Below are positions 1-8,337 of a stretch of 64,000 nucleotides of DNA, piece after piece. Within the stretch, counting starts at the first letter, position 1; each line of letters starts with the position of its first letter. A model generated the notes under the pieces. That model was not told where the DNA came from and searched no databases. It saw only the letters and a program-made list of their open reading frames with translations. The position numbers and the translations under genes were made by a program. The stretch comes from Minisyncoccota bacterium (GTDB lineage Bacteria; Patescibacteriota; Minisyncoccia; Phycocordibacterales; CAIZLB01), in the NCBI GenBank assembly GCA_036405975.1, contig DASWWM010000034.1:4675-68674 (forward strand), written 5' to 3'.

Positions 1-2
1 AC

Positions 3-338
3 GTAACGCTTGCAGACGTTAAGCAAATCACAAAGGATTCAACAAAGCCCCAGAAAAGCATCTCCGTTAAGGATGTCGTTAAAGCCGTTTCAGCCTTCTA
101 CAACATAGAAGAGGAGAGCATCTACAATAAGACAAGGCGACAGGAAGTGGTTAAGCCGAGACAACTCACCATGTACATCCTTAGAGAGGATTACAATATC
201 TCATTCCCATCTATTGGACAGAAACTAGGGAACAGAGACCATACGACAGTCATGCATTCTTGTGAAAAGATCAGAAACGAACTCAAGAACAACCCTGACC
301 TGACTTCAGAATTGAACCAGATCCGATCCCTTATCTAA
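3..338 (+). CDS. dnaA: Chromosomal replication initiator DnaA, C-terminal part (5' end lies upstream of window)
   Basis: Frame-3 translation from position 3 is open to the stop at 336-338. It gives ...SAFYNIEEESIYNKTRRQEVVKPRQLTMYILREDYNISFPSIGQKLGNRDHTTVMHSCEKIRNEL..., which matches the DnaA domain IV helix-turn-helix signature (GGRDHTTV.HA..KI). Confidence 0.9.
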   Translation, partial: VTLADVKQITKDSTKPQKSISVKDVVKAVSAFYNIEEESIYNKTRRQEVVKPRQLTMYILREDYNISFPSIGQKLGNRDHTTVMHSCEKIRNELKNNPDLTSELNQIRSLI

Positions 339-379
339 TAAGACGTCTTTTTGTGTCTTATACACAATGTTAATAACCC

Positions 380-640
380 TGTGGATAACTAGTGAACACT
401 GTGGAGAAAAACGTTGATAACTTGTGGGAATAAGCGTGGATTGCCACCACCCAACATGTGCAAAACTTGTCACTTATCCACAAAGCTCGAGTTATCCACT
501 TTCCCCATCCCCGACAGTTCCCCAGTATCCACAAAATTGAGTTGCGGAAGCAGCCTTTACCAGACAGGAGATTTGACACTTATACACATATCCACCGTGC
601 TAATAATAGTAATAACTTTTTTATTAAAAATAAGATAAGA
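380..640. promoter_or_regulatory. Putative oriC in the dnaA-dnaN intergenic region: DnaA-box cluster plus AT-rich unwinding element
   Basis: Two perfect TTATCCACA boxes, at 380-388 (reverse) and 475-483. One-mismatch boxes at 400-408, 492-500 and 525-533, and a weaker one at 588-596. This is followed by a 40 bp stretch that is about 90 percent AT (601-640: taataatagtaataacttttttattaaaaataagataaga) immediately upstream of the dnaN ATG. Confidence 0.7.
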
Positions 641-648
641 TACAGGCT

Positions 649-1755
649 ATGAAGATCGAGAGCCTTAAGGAAAAACTCTTAAACGGCATACAGAAAGCGG
701 AGAAGGTCACTTCCAAGAACACCTCGCTCCCTGTCCTTAAATGCGTCCTATTGGAGGCGTCTAAAGGAAGTCTCATAGTTCGATCTACCAACCTGGATGT
801 TGGCCTTGAGATCACTGTCCCGGTTAAGCTGGAGACTGAGGGTATCCTTGCTGTGCCTGGCGGCATTGCGGCGAGCGTCCTTGCCCAGCTGCCTTCAGAC
901 AAGTCCATCACTCTTGAGTCCAAAGACGGCAGTCTTCTCATTTCCTCTGCAAAGAACAGCACTCTTATCAAGGCATTTCCGGCTGATGACTACCCGTCCA
1001 TACCGAAAGTTGACGAAGATGCTGCTAAAAGCTTCAAAATTGCCTCAGGAGCGCTTGTTTCGGGTCTGAAGGCTGTTTGGTATAGCTCGGCAAATTCAAA
1101 CATCAAGCCCGAGCTTTCAAGCGTTCGGATGTATCCCGTCGGAGACGAGCTTGTATTTGTTGCCACTGACGGTTTCCGGCTCGCAGAGAAAAGGGTTCCC
1201 GTGAAAGGCCTGCCTGAATTTACACATGTCCTTATTCCTGTCCGAAATGCATCTGAGATCATAAGGATCTTTGACGGACTTGATGAAGAGATCGAAGTCT
1301 TGATTGATGACAACCAGATTGCCGTTAAGTCAGACCACATCTATCTCGTATCAAGGACTATCGAAGGCAATTTCCCTGACTATAAAGCGATCATTCCTAA
1401 GGAGTTTGCGACAGAGGCAGTTGTCCTTAAGCAGGATTTCGTAAATAGCCTTAAGGTCAGCACTATTTTCAGTGATGCATATTTCCATGTGAAGTTTCAG
1501 ATCAAGCCGGGTGACAAGAAATTCGAGATGGTTACCAGGAACTCTGATATCGGGGAAAGCCTTACGGAGCTTCCGGCGGCACTTACTGGCCAGGATCTCG
1601 ATATGAACTTCAATTACCGGTATATCAATGACTGTATCTCCGTCCTTTCAACTGACAGCATGACTTTTGCTTTCGGGGGAGCGAACCGGCCCCTCGTCAT
1701 AAAGCCTGTAAGTGACGCATCTTTCCTGTACTTGGTGATGCCGATGAATAAGTAA
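649..1755 (+). CDS. dnaN: DNA polymerase III beta subunit (sliding clamp)
   Basis: A 368 aa ORF directly downstream of dnaA. The N-terminus MKIESLKEKLLNGIQKAEKVTSKNTSLPVLKCVLLEA..., the three-domain length and the dnaA-dnaN synteny are typical of the beta clamp. Confidence 0.9.
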   Translation: MKIESLKEKLLNGIQKAEKVTSKNTSLPVLKCVLLEASKGSLIVRSTNLDVGLEITVPVKLETEGILAVPGGIAASVLAQLPSDKSITLESKDGSLLISSAKNSTLIKAFPADDYPSIPKVDEDAAKSFKIASGALVSGLKAVWYSSANSNIKPELSSVRMYPVGDELVFVATDGFRLAEKRVPVKGLPEFTHVLIPVRNASEIIRIFDGLDEEIEVLIDDNQIAVKSDHIYLVSRTIEGNFPDYKAIIPKEFATEAVVLKQDFVNSLKVSTIFSDAYFHVKFQIKPGDKKFEMVTRNSDIGESLTELPAALTGQDLDMNFNYRYINDCISVLSTDSMTFAFGGANRPLVIKPVSDASFLYLVMPMNK

Positions 1756-1759
1756 AAAA

Positions 1760-2020
1760 ATGCAGAACCTGGCCGAACTGTTGGCGCGGTTTCAGCGGAT
1801 CGAGAACCCTGCCGAAATAAAGAAGAAGATAACAACAGTTGTCGAAGGCGTCGTGTCATTCAAGATCGCTGAGGGGTCTGTTAAGGTCAGCGAAGGGAAA
1901 GTGTATATTAAGGCTCATCCTGTACAAAAAAACCTCATCTTCGTTAAGAAGGATGAGGTTTTATCTGCGATCAATTCAAATTTTCCCAGCCAGAGGGTCG
2001 ATTCGGTTGTTTTTCTCTAA
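1760..2020 (+). CDS. DUF721-like small protein (YaaB/RecF-neighbourhood family)
   Basis: An 86 aa ORF 4 nt after dnaN. The pattern ...VSFKIAEGSVKVSEGKVYIKAHPVQKNLIFVKKDEVLSAINS...VDSVVF resembles the DUF721 proteins encoded next to dnaN/recF/gyrB. Assignment is from memory of the family pattern only. Confidence 0.5.
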   Translation: MQNLAELLARFQRIENPAEIKKKITTVVEGVVSFKIAEGSVKVSEGKVYIKAHPVQKNLIFVKKDEVLSAINSNFPSQRVDSVVFL

Positions 2021-2026
2021 CCCTTT

Positions 2027-4510
2027 TTACTTTACCGAGAAGAAGGCTTTCGCTTCCAGGGTTTTTCCTATCTGGTCAGTGAGTACGGCCTTGAGTTCGT
2101 TTTCATCCTCTATTCCCTGTACTGCGGCCGGGATGAATGAGAATGAGAAGGGTGCTTCCGTTGATCTTCCGATGAGCCTCTCGTTTATATAGTATTCAAC
2201 TTGTGTCGGCTGACCTGTCGCACCGTCCACTGAGATTACAACCCTGTCTCCTCTGTTAAGCGCTGAGCTTGGTGCTGGGGATGTGATCCTGAACCCTCCC
2301 GTTCCTGGCTGGTCTATGGGGTTCACTCCTATGAGGCCTATTGCCTGAGCCGTTCCAGACCAGTTCAGGACTCCGGCTTCAAAGTTCCTGAAAAGAGGGT
2401 CGTTTGAGCCATTTCCCGGAGCATCTCCTTGCGGATTATTCCTGTTTATCCAATAGAGTTCTGAATGTACTTCGTTTCCCGGGCCTTTCCATACGCCTCT
2501 AAGGAACGGCTTTGTGCTGCTTGATGTCGGTTCTGGTTCCGAGAATTTTTCATCAGGCAGTCTTGAGAGTGCAAAATCCATGAATTCTTTCCAAAGAGGG
2601 CCGACGATTCGGGCTGATGCCTGTTGGGCCATCGGTGTATTGTTGTTATTACCCATCCATGCTCCGATCGAGATGCTTGGTGTGTATCCGAGCATCCATG
2701 CGTCTCGGGAGCTGTTCGTTGTTCCTGTCTTGATGCCAACCTGCCTGTCTCCGAAGTATCTTGAGCCGAAAAGCGGTGCTCTAGCGTACTGGTCTGCAAG
2801 AACGTCGTTCATGAGCTGTGCGGTTCTTTGTGAGATAACCTGGTTCGTTGATGTTGAGTACGTCTCAAGCTCGACCCCTTGGTTTGTCGTGATGTTCAAT
2901 ACTGCCGTCGGTCGTGCCCTCAGTCCTTCGTTCGCGAACACTCCGTATGCTGAGGTCATGTCGAGAAGCGATACTTCGCCGCCTCCAAGAGCGAGGGATA
3001 GACCGTATTGGCTTGCCGAAGAAAGATTCTGTACGCCCATGCTCTCCGCGAGCTTTATGGACTCATTGATTCCGACAACATGGAGCATTCGAACCGCTGG
3101 GAGGTTTCTTGATTCCGCAAGCGCTGATCTGATGCTCATGAGCCCTTTGAAACCTCCTTCGTAGTTCTGGGGGTTGTAGCACTTTGCGCTCGGCGAAGAT
3201 GCGATCGGTTGTCCGTTAGTCCCACATGATGCATTGAATTCAGTCGGAACGTCATATACAGGTGATTCCGGAAGGAATCCCTTGCTGAAGGCTGTCGCGT
3301 ATACGAATGGCTTGAAGGCAGATCCTGGCTGCCTTCGCGCGGTCGTTACATTGAAGTTTCCTTCGATGTCCGTATCGAAATAATCCCTTGATCCGACCAT
3401 TGCGAGAATCTGTCCTGTTCGCGGGTCAGTTGCGACCACGGCTGCATTGGATGCTTTGTACCTTGTCTCATTTGCATCGACGTATCTTTTCGTTATTTCT
3501 TCGGCCTTCTGCTGCAATTCCCAATCAAGGCTAGTTATAACGCTGAAACCGCCTGATTCAAGAAGTTTTTCGCCGTATTTCTGTACGAGGTATTCCCGTA
3601 CGTACATGACAAAGTGAGGCGCCTTGATTCCGGCTACGGACTTAGGCTGGAATACGACTTCCTCCTTAAGTGCCTCCGTGTATTCTGTCTCGGAGATCAT
3701 CCTGTTTTCGTACATTTTCTTAAGCACGAGGTTCTTTCGTTCAACGAGAAGGTTCTTGTTTTTTCCATATGGGGAATAGAGAGAAGGAGCCTGTGGCAAA
3801 GCCGCGATGTATGCTGCTTCTGCAAGCGTTACGTCTGAAGCCTTCTTGGCAAAGAAGAGCTGGGTTGCCTCCTCAACTCCGTAGATGTTTCCTCCGTATG
3901 GCGAGTCGTTGAGGTATAAGTTCAGGATCTGGTCCTTGTCAGTTGACTGCTCAAGCTTGAGGGCGAGGATCCACTCCTTGAGTTTTCGCGAGATATCCTT
4001 GTCCCTGGTCAGTAGAGAGTTCTTCACAACTTGCTGAGTGATGGTCGATCCTCCTTGGCTGAACTTGAGTGTCGTGATGTTTGCAATGACCGCTCGGATG
4101 ATCGATGTCGGCTTGATTCCGTTATGGCTATAGAAGTCGATATCCTCAATGGCGATTGTCGCTTTTTTGATATGAGGGGAGACCGCTTCGAATGGGACGA
4201 TCGTTCGTCGGACTTTCTGGCTTAGGTCGTAGAGGAGAACAGTACCTGTTCGGTCGTAGATCTTCGCTGATTGTCCAAGGAGCCTGTCGTCAAACGACTG
4301 GAGATCAGGTGTCTTGAGGCTTGCGGCCCAAAGAATGAATGCTGTGGCAACCAGAATGATTAGGATGGTCATTCCAAGGATGATATCCCTGATAATGTGT
4401 TTCTTCGGCTTGTTCTTCGTAACTTTCTTGAAAAAGCTCTGGAATTTCCATTCGACGAGCGAGATTCCGCGGTCTAATAATTTAAAAAAACCGGTAATTT
4501 TTTTCTTCAT
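2027..4510 (-). CDS. Class A penicillin-binding protein (PBP1A; glycosyltransferase GT51 plus transpeptidase)
   Basis: An 827 aa protein with an N-terminal TM segment. GT51 motifs are present: EDIDFYSHNGI, GGSTITQQVVKN and RKLKEW. Transpeptidase motifs are present: SGSAFKP (SxxK), SESRN (SxN) and KTGTT (KTG). Confidence 0.9.
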   Translation of the reverse strand: MKKKITGFFKLLDRGISLVEWKFQSFFKKVTKNKPKKHIIRDIILGMTILIILVATAFILWAASLKTPDLQSFDDRLLGQSAKIYDRTGTVLLYDLSQKVRRTIVPFEAVSPHIKKATIAIEDIDFYSHNGIKPTSIIRAVIANITTLKFSQGGSTITQQVVKNSLLTRDKDISRKLKEWILALKLEQSTDKDQILNLYLNDSPYGGNIYGVEEATQLFFAKKASDVTLAEAAYIAALPQAPSLYSPYGKNKNLLVERKNLVLKKMYENRMISETEYTEALKEEVVFQPKSVAGIKAPHFVMYVREYLVQKYGEKLLESGGFSVITSLDWELQQKAEEITKRYVDANETRYKASNAAVVATDPRTGQILAMVGSRDYFDTDIEGNFNVTTARRQPGSAFKPFVYATAFSKGFLPESPVYDVPTEFNASCGTNGQPIASSPSAKCYNPQNYEGGFKGLMSIRSALAESRNLPAVRMLHVVGINESIKLAESMGVQNLSSASQYGLSLALGGGEVSLLDMTSAYGVFANEGLRARPTAVLNITTNQGVELETYSTSTNQVISQRTAQLMNDVLADQYARAPLFGSRYFGDRQVGIKTGTTNSSRDAWMLGYTPSISIGAWMGNNNNTPMAQQASARIVGPLWKEFMDFALSRLPDEKFSEPEPTSSSTKPFLRGVWKGPGNEVHSELYWINRNNPQGDAPGNGSNDPLFRNFEAGVLNWSGTAQAIGLIGVNPIDQPGTGGFRITSPAPSSALNRGDRVVISVDGATGQPTQVEYYINERLIGRSTEAPFSFSFIPAAVQGIEDENELKAVLTDQIGKTLEAKAFFSVK

Positions 4511-4595
4511 ATGTGGTTATTTATTTTTTCAAGAACGTTGAGAAAATAGTAGTGTTAGGATACCAAAAACAGCTGGAATATGCTAGATTATTTTC

Positions 4596-5828
4596 ATGAT
4601 TAAAATCCTCTCAGGAAAAGAAAATAAGCCACAAAATAATGAAGAATTGGTGAATTCGCTCTTCAGCCGAAGTGTCCAGGAAGTCCTCCCTTCAAAAGAT
4701 CTTCTTTCGTCAAAAATGGCTGGAAAAAAACTTCGAGTTTATGCGGGTATCGATCCTACTGGCCCAACTCTTCACCTCGGTCATGTGATCGTTTTGAAGA
4801 AGTTGGCGCAATTCCAGGCTCTGGGTCATGAAACCATCCTCCTCATAGGTGATTTTACGGCAATGATTGGCGATCCTACAGACAAGGCGTCTGTTCGAAA
4901 GGCACTCACTGAAGCGGAGGTAAAGAAGAATCTCAAGCTGTACATCAAGCAGGCCGGCAGATTCATAAACTTCACGGGAAGGAACAAGGCGAAGGTTGTA
5001 TACAACTCGAAGTGGCTCAAAGGGATGAATATGAAGAATGTCCTTGAGCTCACATCGCTCATGACGGTTGATCAGATGATGAAACGCGACATGTTCGCGA
5101 CTCGTTCCGAAGAGGGAAAACCCATCTACATGCATGAATTCATGTACCCACTCCTTCAGGGGTATGACAGCGTAGCGCTCGATGCAGACGTTGAGATAGG
5201 CGGCAATGATCAGATGTTTAATATGATGGTTGGTCGGGATTTCCAGAAAAGACTCCAGAACAAGGAAAAGGTATGCATAACAGTCAAGCTCCTTGCGGAT
5301 GCTACAGGCAAGAAGATGGGCAAGTCTGAAGGCAATATGGCATCGCTTCTTGATTCGAACTTCGAGATGTTCGGCAAGGTTATGAGCTGGACTGACGGCA
5401 TGATGGAAAGCGGTTTCGAGCTCTGCACGAATCTCTCGTCCGAAGAACTTGAGTCTGTCCGGTTGGAACTCAAAGATCCTTCAGTCAACCCTCGAGATAT
5501 GAAGGTTCGGCTGGCATACGAAGTTGTATCCATGTGCTTCGGTGAAGAGAGTGCTATTACGGCAAAGGAAAATTTCATACGAACTTTTTCAAACAATGAA
5601 GTTCCTCAGAATATTGAGGAAATAGGCGTTCGTTTTGAAACTCCGCTCGGCCTCATCCTTCAGAATCAAGGACTTGTTGCTTCAGCTGGAGAGTTCAAGA
5701 GGCTTGTTAAGGAAGGCGCAGTCTCAACCATGGAGGGTGAGAAAATAACAGACTTCAACTACCAAGTCACCAAACCTGTCGTGGTTAAAGTGGGGAAGAG
5801 AAGGTTCCTGGACATCAAGATTCACTAG
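4596..5828 (+). CDS. tyrS: Tyrosyl-tRNA synthetase
   Basis: HIGH-region GIDPTGPTLHLGHVIVL, then LIGDFTAMIGDPTDK, then the KMSKS-type KMGKSEGN. The C-terminal S4-like tail, and a class I aaRS with the GxDPT...LHLGH pattern, are characteristic of TyrRS. Confidence 0.85.
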   Translation: MIKILSGKENKPQNNEELVNSLFSRSVQEVLPSKDLLSSKMAGKKLRVYAGIDPTGPTLHLGHVIVLKKLAQFQALGHETILLIGDFTAMIGDPTDKASVRKALTEAEVKKNLKLYIKQAGRFINFTGRNKAKVVYNSKWLKGMNMKNVLELTSLMTVDQMMKRDMFATRSEEGKPIYMHEFMYPLLQGYDSVALDADVEIGGNDQMFNMMVGRDFQKRLQNKEKVCITVKLLADATGKKMGKSEGNMASLLDSNFEMFGKVMSWTDGMMESGFELCTNLSSEELESVRLELKDPSVNPRDMKVRLAYEVVSMCFGEESAITAKENFIRTFSNNEVPQNIEEIGVRFETPLGLILQNQGLVASAGEFKRLVKEGAVSTMEGEKITDFNYQVTKPVVVKVGKRRFLDIKIH

Positions 5829-5874
5829 TCGTCGGTCCTATTCAGGGAAACTGAACTGCATGAAGGGAAAAAAG

Positions 5875-5907
5875 AAAAAGCCGCCTCAGATCGAAGCGGC
5901 TTTTTTG
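5875..5907. terminator. Bidirectional intrinsic terminator between convergent tyrS and acidic-protein gene
   Basis: GC stem gccgc(5880-5884)/gcggc(5896-5900) with an 11 nt loop. It is flanked by an A-run on the 5' side and tttttt (5901-5906) on the 3' side. Confidence 0.7.
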
Positions 5908-5914
5908 TCTGCGG

Positions 5915-6229
5915 CTAGTATGACTCCCCCTCGTCTCCTTCCTCTGTAAATCCGTCCATCTCGTCCTCATCCTCTTCGAGACCTTCGTCGTCTCCTCCGA
6001 ATCCGTGAGGCGCACCCATTCCAAAAATGTCTCCGTCATCTGCTCGTGAATGCGAATTGAATGTCGCTTCATGCATGTCCTCTATGTCGCCTCCCGCATC
6101 GTCGTCGAGTGTGGATACGGGTGATCCGATCGCGAAGTCAGGATCAGCATCCGCTTCACCTTCGTGAATCTCAGGCTCTCCTTCGGGCTGGTCTTTCATT
6201 TCATCTTCGTTTTCGTCGTGGTCAGTCAT
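5915..6229 (-). CDS. Highly acidic low-complexity protein (104 aa, roughly 45 percent D/E), function unknown
   Basis: The ORF translates to MTDHDENEDEMKDQPEGEPEIHEGEADADPDFAIGSPVSTLDDDAGGDIEDMHEATFNSHSRADDGDIFGMGAPHGFGGDDEGLEEDEDEMDGFTEEGDEGESY. No competing ORF exists on either strand in 5829-6334, and the ORF ends at the bidirectional terminator. Confidence 0.45.
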   Translation of the reverse strand: MTDHDENEDEMKDQPEGEPEIHEGEADADPDFAIGSPVSTLDDDAGGDIEDMHEATFNSHSRADDGDIFGMGAPHGFGGDDEGLEEDEDEMDGFTEEGDEGESY

Positions 6230-6334
6230 GGATGCGTTTCAATTTCGTTATTTTGTATATGGTCATATATGTAACATATGCAAAAAAATATGCAACTGTG
6301 AATAAATGAAGTTCATAGCCGTCATATGGAAAAT

Positions 6335-6811
6335 TTAGATTCTTTCGTATGCGAAGAATGCGAGTCCTATCGCAATTGCGTCATATTCGTCATCGAGTGC
6401 CTTTTTCTTCATATCCTTGATGAGCAAAGTGATCATTTTGATGACCTGATCCTTCGTGCTCCTTCCATCGCCTGTCACGGCAAGCTTTATTTGAAGCGGG
6501 TTGTACTCCTTTACGATGAGTCTGTATTTCTTGGCAATATACAAAAGCATCCCTCGGACTTCGGCGACTCTCATGGCCGTTTTCTGATTATTTGAAATGA
6601 ATAGATTTTCAATGGAGAGTGCTGCGGGGGAATGTTCCTGGATCAATGACTCAACTTTCGCTCCCAGGTCGTATAGCCTGTCTTCAAAGGGCGTTCCTGC
6701 CGGTGTCCTGAAACAGTCCGAAAATACAAGCCTTTCCTTCTGCCCTTTTTCTTTGTTTATTATCGCCACTCCAAGCCGTTCGTAACCCGGGTCAATTGAG
6801 ATAATCTTCAT
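6335..6811 (-). CDS. ruvC: Crossover junction endodeoxyribonuclease RuvC
   Basis: A 158 aa protein. The N-terminus MKIISIDPGYERLGVAI and the KLAVTGDGRSTKDQV motif are typical of RuvC. It lies directly downstream of ruvB on the same strand. Confidence 0.85.
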   Translation of the reverse strand: MKIISIDPGYERLGVAIINKEKGQKERLVFSDCFRTPAGTPFEDRLYDLGAKVESLIQEHSPAALSIENLFISNNQKTAMRVAEVRGMLLYIAKKYRLIVKEYNPLQIKLAVTGDGRSTKDQVIKMITLLIKDMKKKALDDEYDAIAIGLAFFAYERI

Positions 6812-6871
6812 GCGAAATCAGTATAACACCCCTTTCAGGCATTCATCTCGGCAGGCATGGTGCATTCAGGC

Positions 6872-7939
6872 CTACTCAAGGGCCATTTTCTTGTCATCAG
6901 GGTATTCGACACCCATATGCGCATAGCCGAGCTCTGTAACCACTCGCCCTCGCGGCGTTCGCTCGATGAATCCGAGCTGTATAAGGTAGGGCTCATTGAA
7001 CTCCTCAATGGTCGCCTGATCCTCAGAAAGGGAAGCGGCAATGGTATTGAGTCCTACCGGGCCTCCATTGTACTTCTGCACGAGCGTTTCGAGGATGACT
7101 CGGTCTGAATGCGTAAGTCCCTTGCTGTCGATGCCTATGAGCTTCAAGGCCTCCATTACGGACTCTTTTGTAAGCTTTGTTTTTTGGATCTGGGCATAAT
7201 CACGGCATCTCTTGAGGAGATAGTTTGCCGTTCGCGGAGTCCTTCGGCTTCTTCGGGCTATTTCCTGAAAGCCTTCCTCCTCGGCTTCGACGCCAAGGAT
7301 CTTTGATGAGCGCTTGATGATTTCTTCGATTTCGTCTTCTGTATAAAATTCAAGCCTGAAGACGCCTCCTGAGAAGCGTGATCGGAGCGGCGACGACACC
7401 ATCGCGATGCGAGTCGTCGCAGCAATGAGCGTAAACGGAGGGAGGTCGAGCTGGATGCTTCGAGCTGAGGGTCCTTTACCAATGATAATGTCTATCTGTC
7501 CTGACTCCATTGCAGGATAAAGGACTTCCTCGACTGTCTTATTGAGTCTGTGGATCTCATCAATGAAAAGAATGTCGCCTGGGGATAGGTTTGTGAGCAC
7601 TGATGCAAGGTCACCAACCCGTTCGATGGCGGGACCTGACGTAACCTTCATCTGAACGCCTGTCTCTTTGGCGATGAGATGTGCTAACGTGGTTTTACCA
7701 AGACCTGGCGGTCCGTAAAAGAGGATGTGCTCGGGAGGGTGATTTCTTTCCTTTGCAGCAGTCAAAAGGATATGGAGATTGTCCTTTATATTCTTCTGTC
7801 CTATATAGTCGTTGAACTTCGACGGCCTTAATGTCTGGTCCAAAGAAAGGTCGCCTGTGGTTTCGAGCTGGTCACCTTGGTCTGAATAAATAGAGTTATT
7901 TTCAGCCATATCATCTGGTTCTAGGGAAGTGCTTGACAT
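6872..7939 (-). CDS. ruvB: Holliday junction branch-migration ATPase RuvB
   Basis: The sequence LRPSKFNDYIGQ..., Walker A LFYGPPGLGKTTLAHLIA, Walker B ILFIDEIHRL and sensor motifs are present over 355 aa. Confidence 0.9.
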   Translation of the reverse strand: MSSTSLEPDDMAENNSIYSDQGDQLETTGDLSLDQTLRPSKFNDYIGQKNIKDNLHILLTAAKERNHPPEHILFYGPPGLGKTTLAHLIAKETGVQMKVTSGPAIERVGDLASVLTNLSPGDILFIDEIHRLNKTVEEVLYPAMESGQIDIIIGKGPSARSIQLDLPPFTLIAATTRIAMVSSPLRSRFSGGVFRLEFYTEDEIEEIIKRSSKILGVEAEEEGFQEIARRSRRTPRTANYLLKRCRDYAQIQKTKLTKESVMEALKLIGIDSKGLTHSDRVILETLVQKYNGGPVGLNTIAASLSEDQATIEEFNEPYLIQLGFIERTPRGRVVTELGYAHMGVEYPDDKKMALE

Positions 7940-8099
7940 AAAAAAGATTTATGCTATGATGTATATCAGAATCGCATTCAAAGGAATCCCGGCGGAATAC
8001 ATCCAGTATGTACGAAGCGCGGAAATTCCGAGTAGCTGCGATCATCTCTTTCTAAGAATACTCAAAATATTGAGTCTCCTTACAAAAAGGTTCGGCTGA

Positions 8100-8277
8100 A
8101 ACAGCCCCTTAAATCTCTAAGCAATAGAAATTGTAAAATTTCAATCGGTTTTTCTCGAAGGACGCTTTGGTGCGAGCTCCTATGCCACGTTCCTGGGGCT
8201 ATCCTTAGAGAACTGTCGGGCTTTCGATCTCAGGATTGAAAGCATTGCTTAGAGATTTAAGGGGCTGTTTTTTTATT
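8100..8277 (+). repeat. About 170 bp element bounded by a 25 bp perfect inverted repeat and followed by a T-run; candidate structured ncRNA or MITE-like element
   Basis: The arm at 8100-8124 (aacagccccttaaatctctaagcaa) is the exact reverse complement of 8245-8269 (ttgcttagagatttaaggggctgtt). The 120 bp interior has further internal pairing, for example tttcaatc with gattgaaa. The T-run ttttttt at 8270-8276 follows on the plus strand. There is no ORF. Confidence 0.5.
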
Positions 8278-8337
8278 TCCCGGATATCAAGTTACTCATT
8301 AAGAATAAGCGTCCGGGGCAGTGAAGTCAATTGACAT

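Noticed and set aside
4710-5135. Long antisense ORFs inside large genes (e.g. 4710..5135 in tyrS, 8587..9243 in pilB, 47253..47750 in argS, 52129..52677 and 54637..55023 in ileS, 36131..36940 opposite folD/SIMPL, 56665..57363 in the surface protein)
   Set aside because: All are antisense to genes with strong motif support and themselves show only low-complexity or featureless translations.
6326-6595. An 89 aa plus-strand ORF inside ruvC
   Set aside because: It is antisense to a strongly supported RuvC and has no features.
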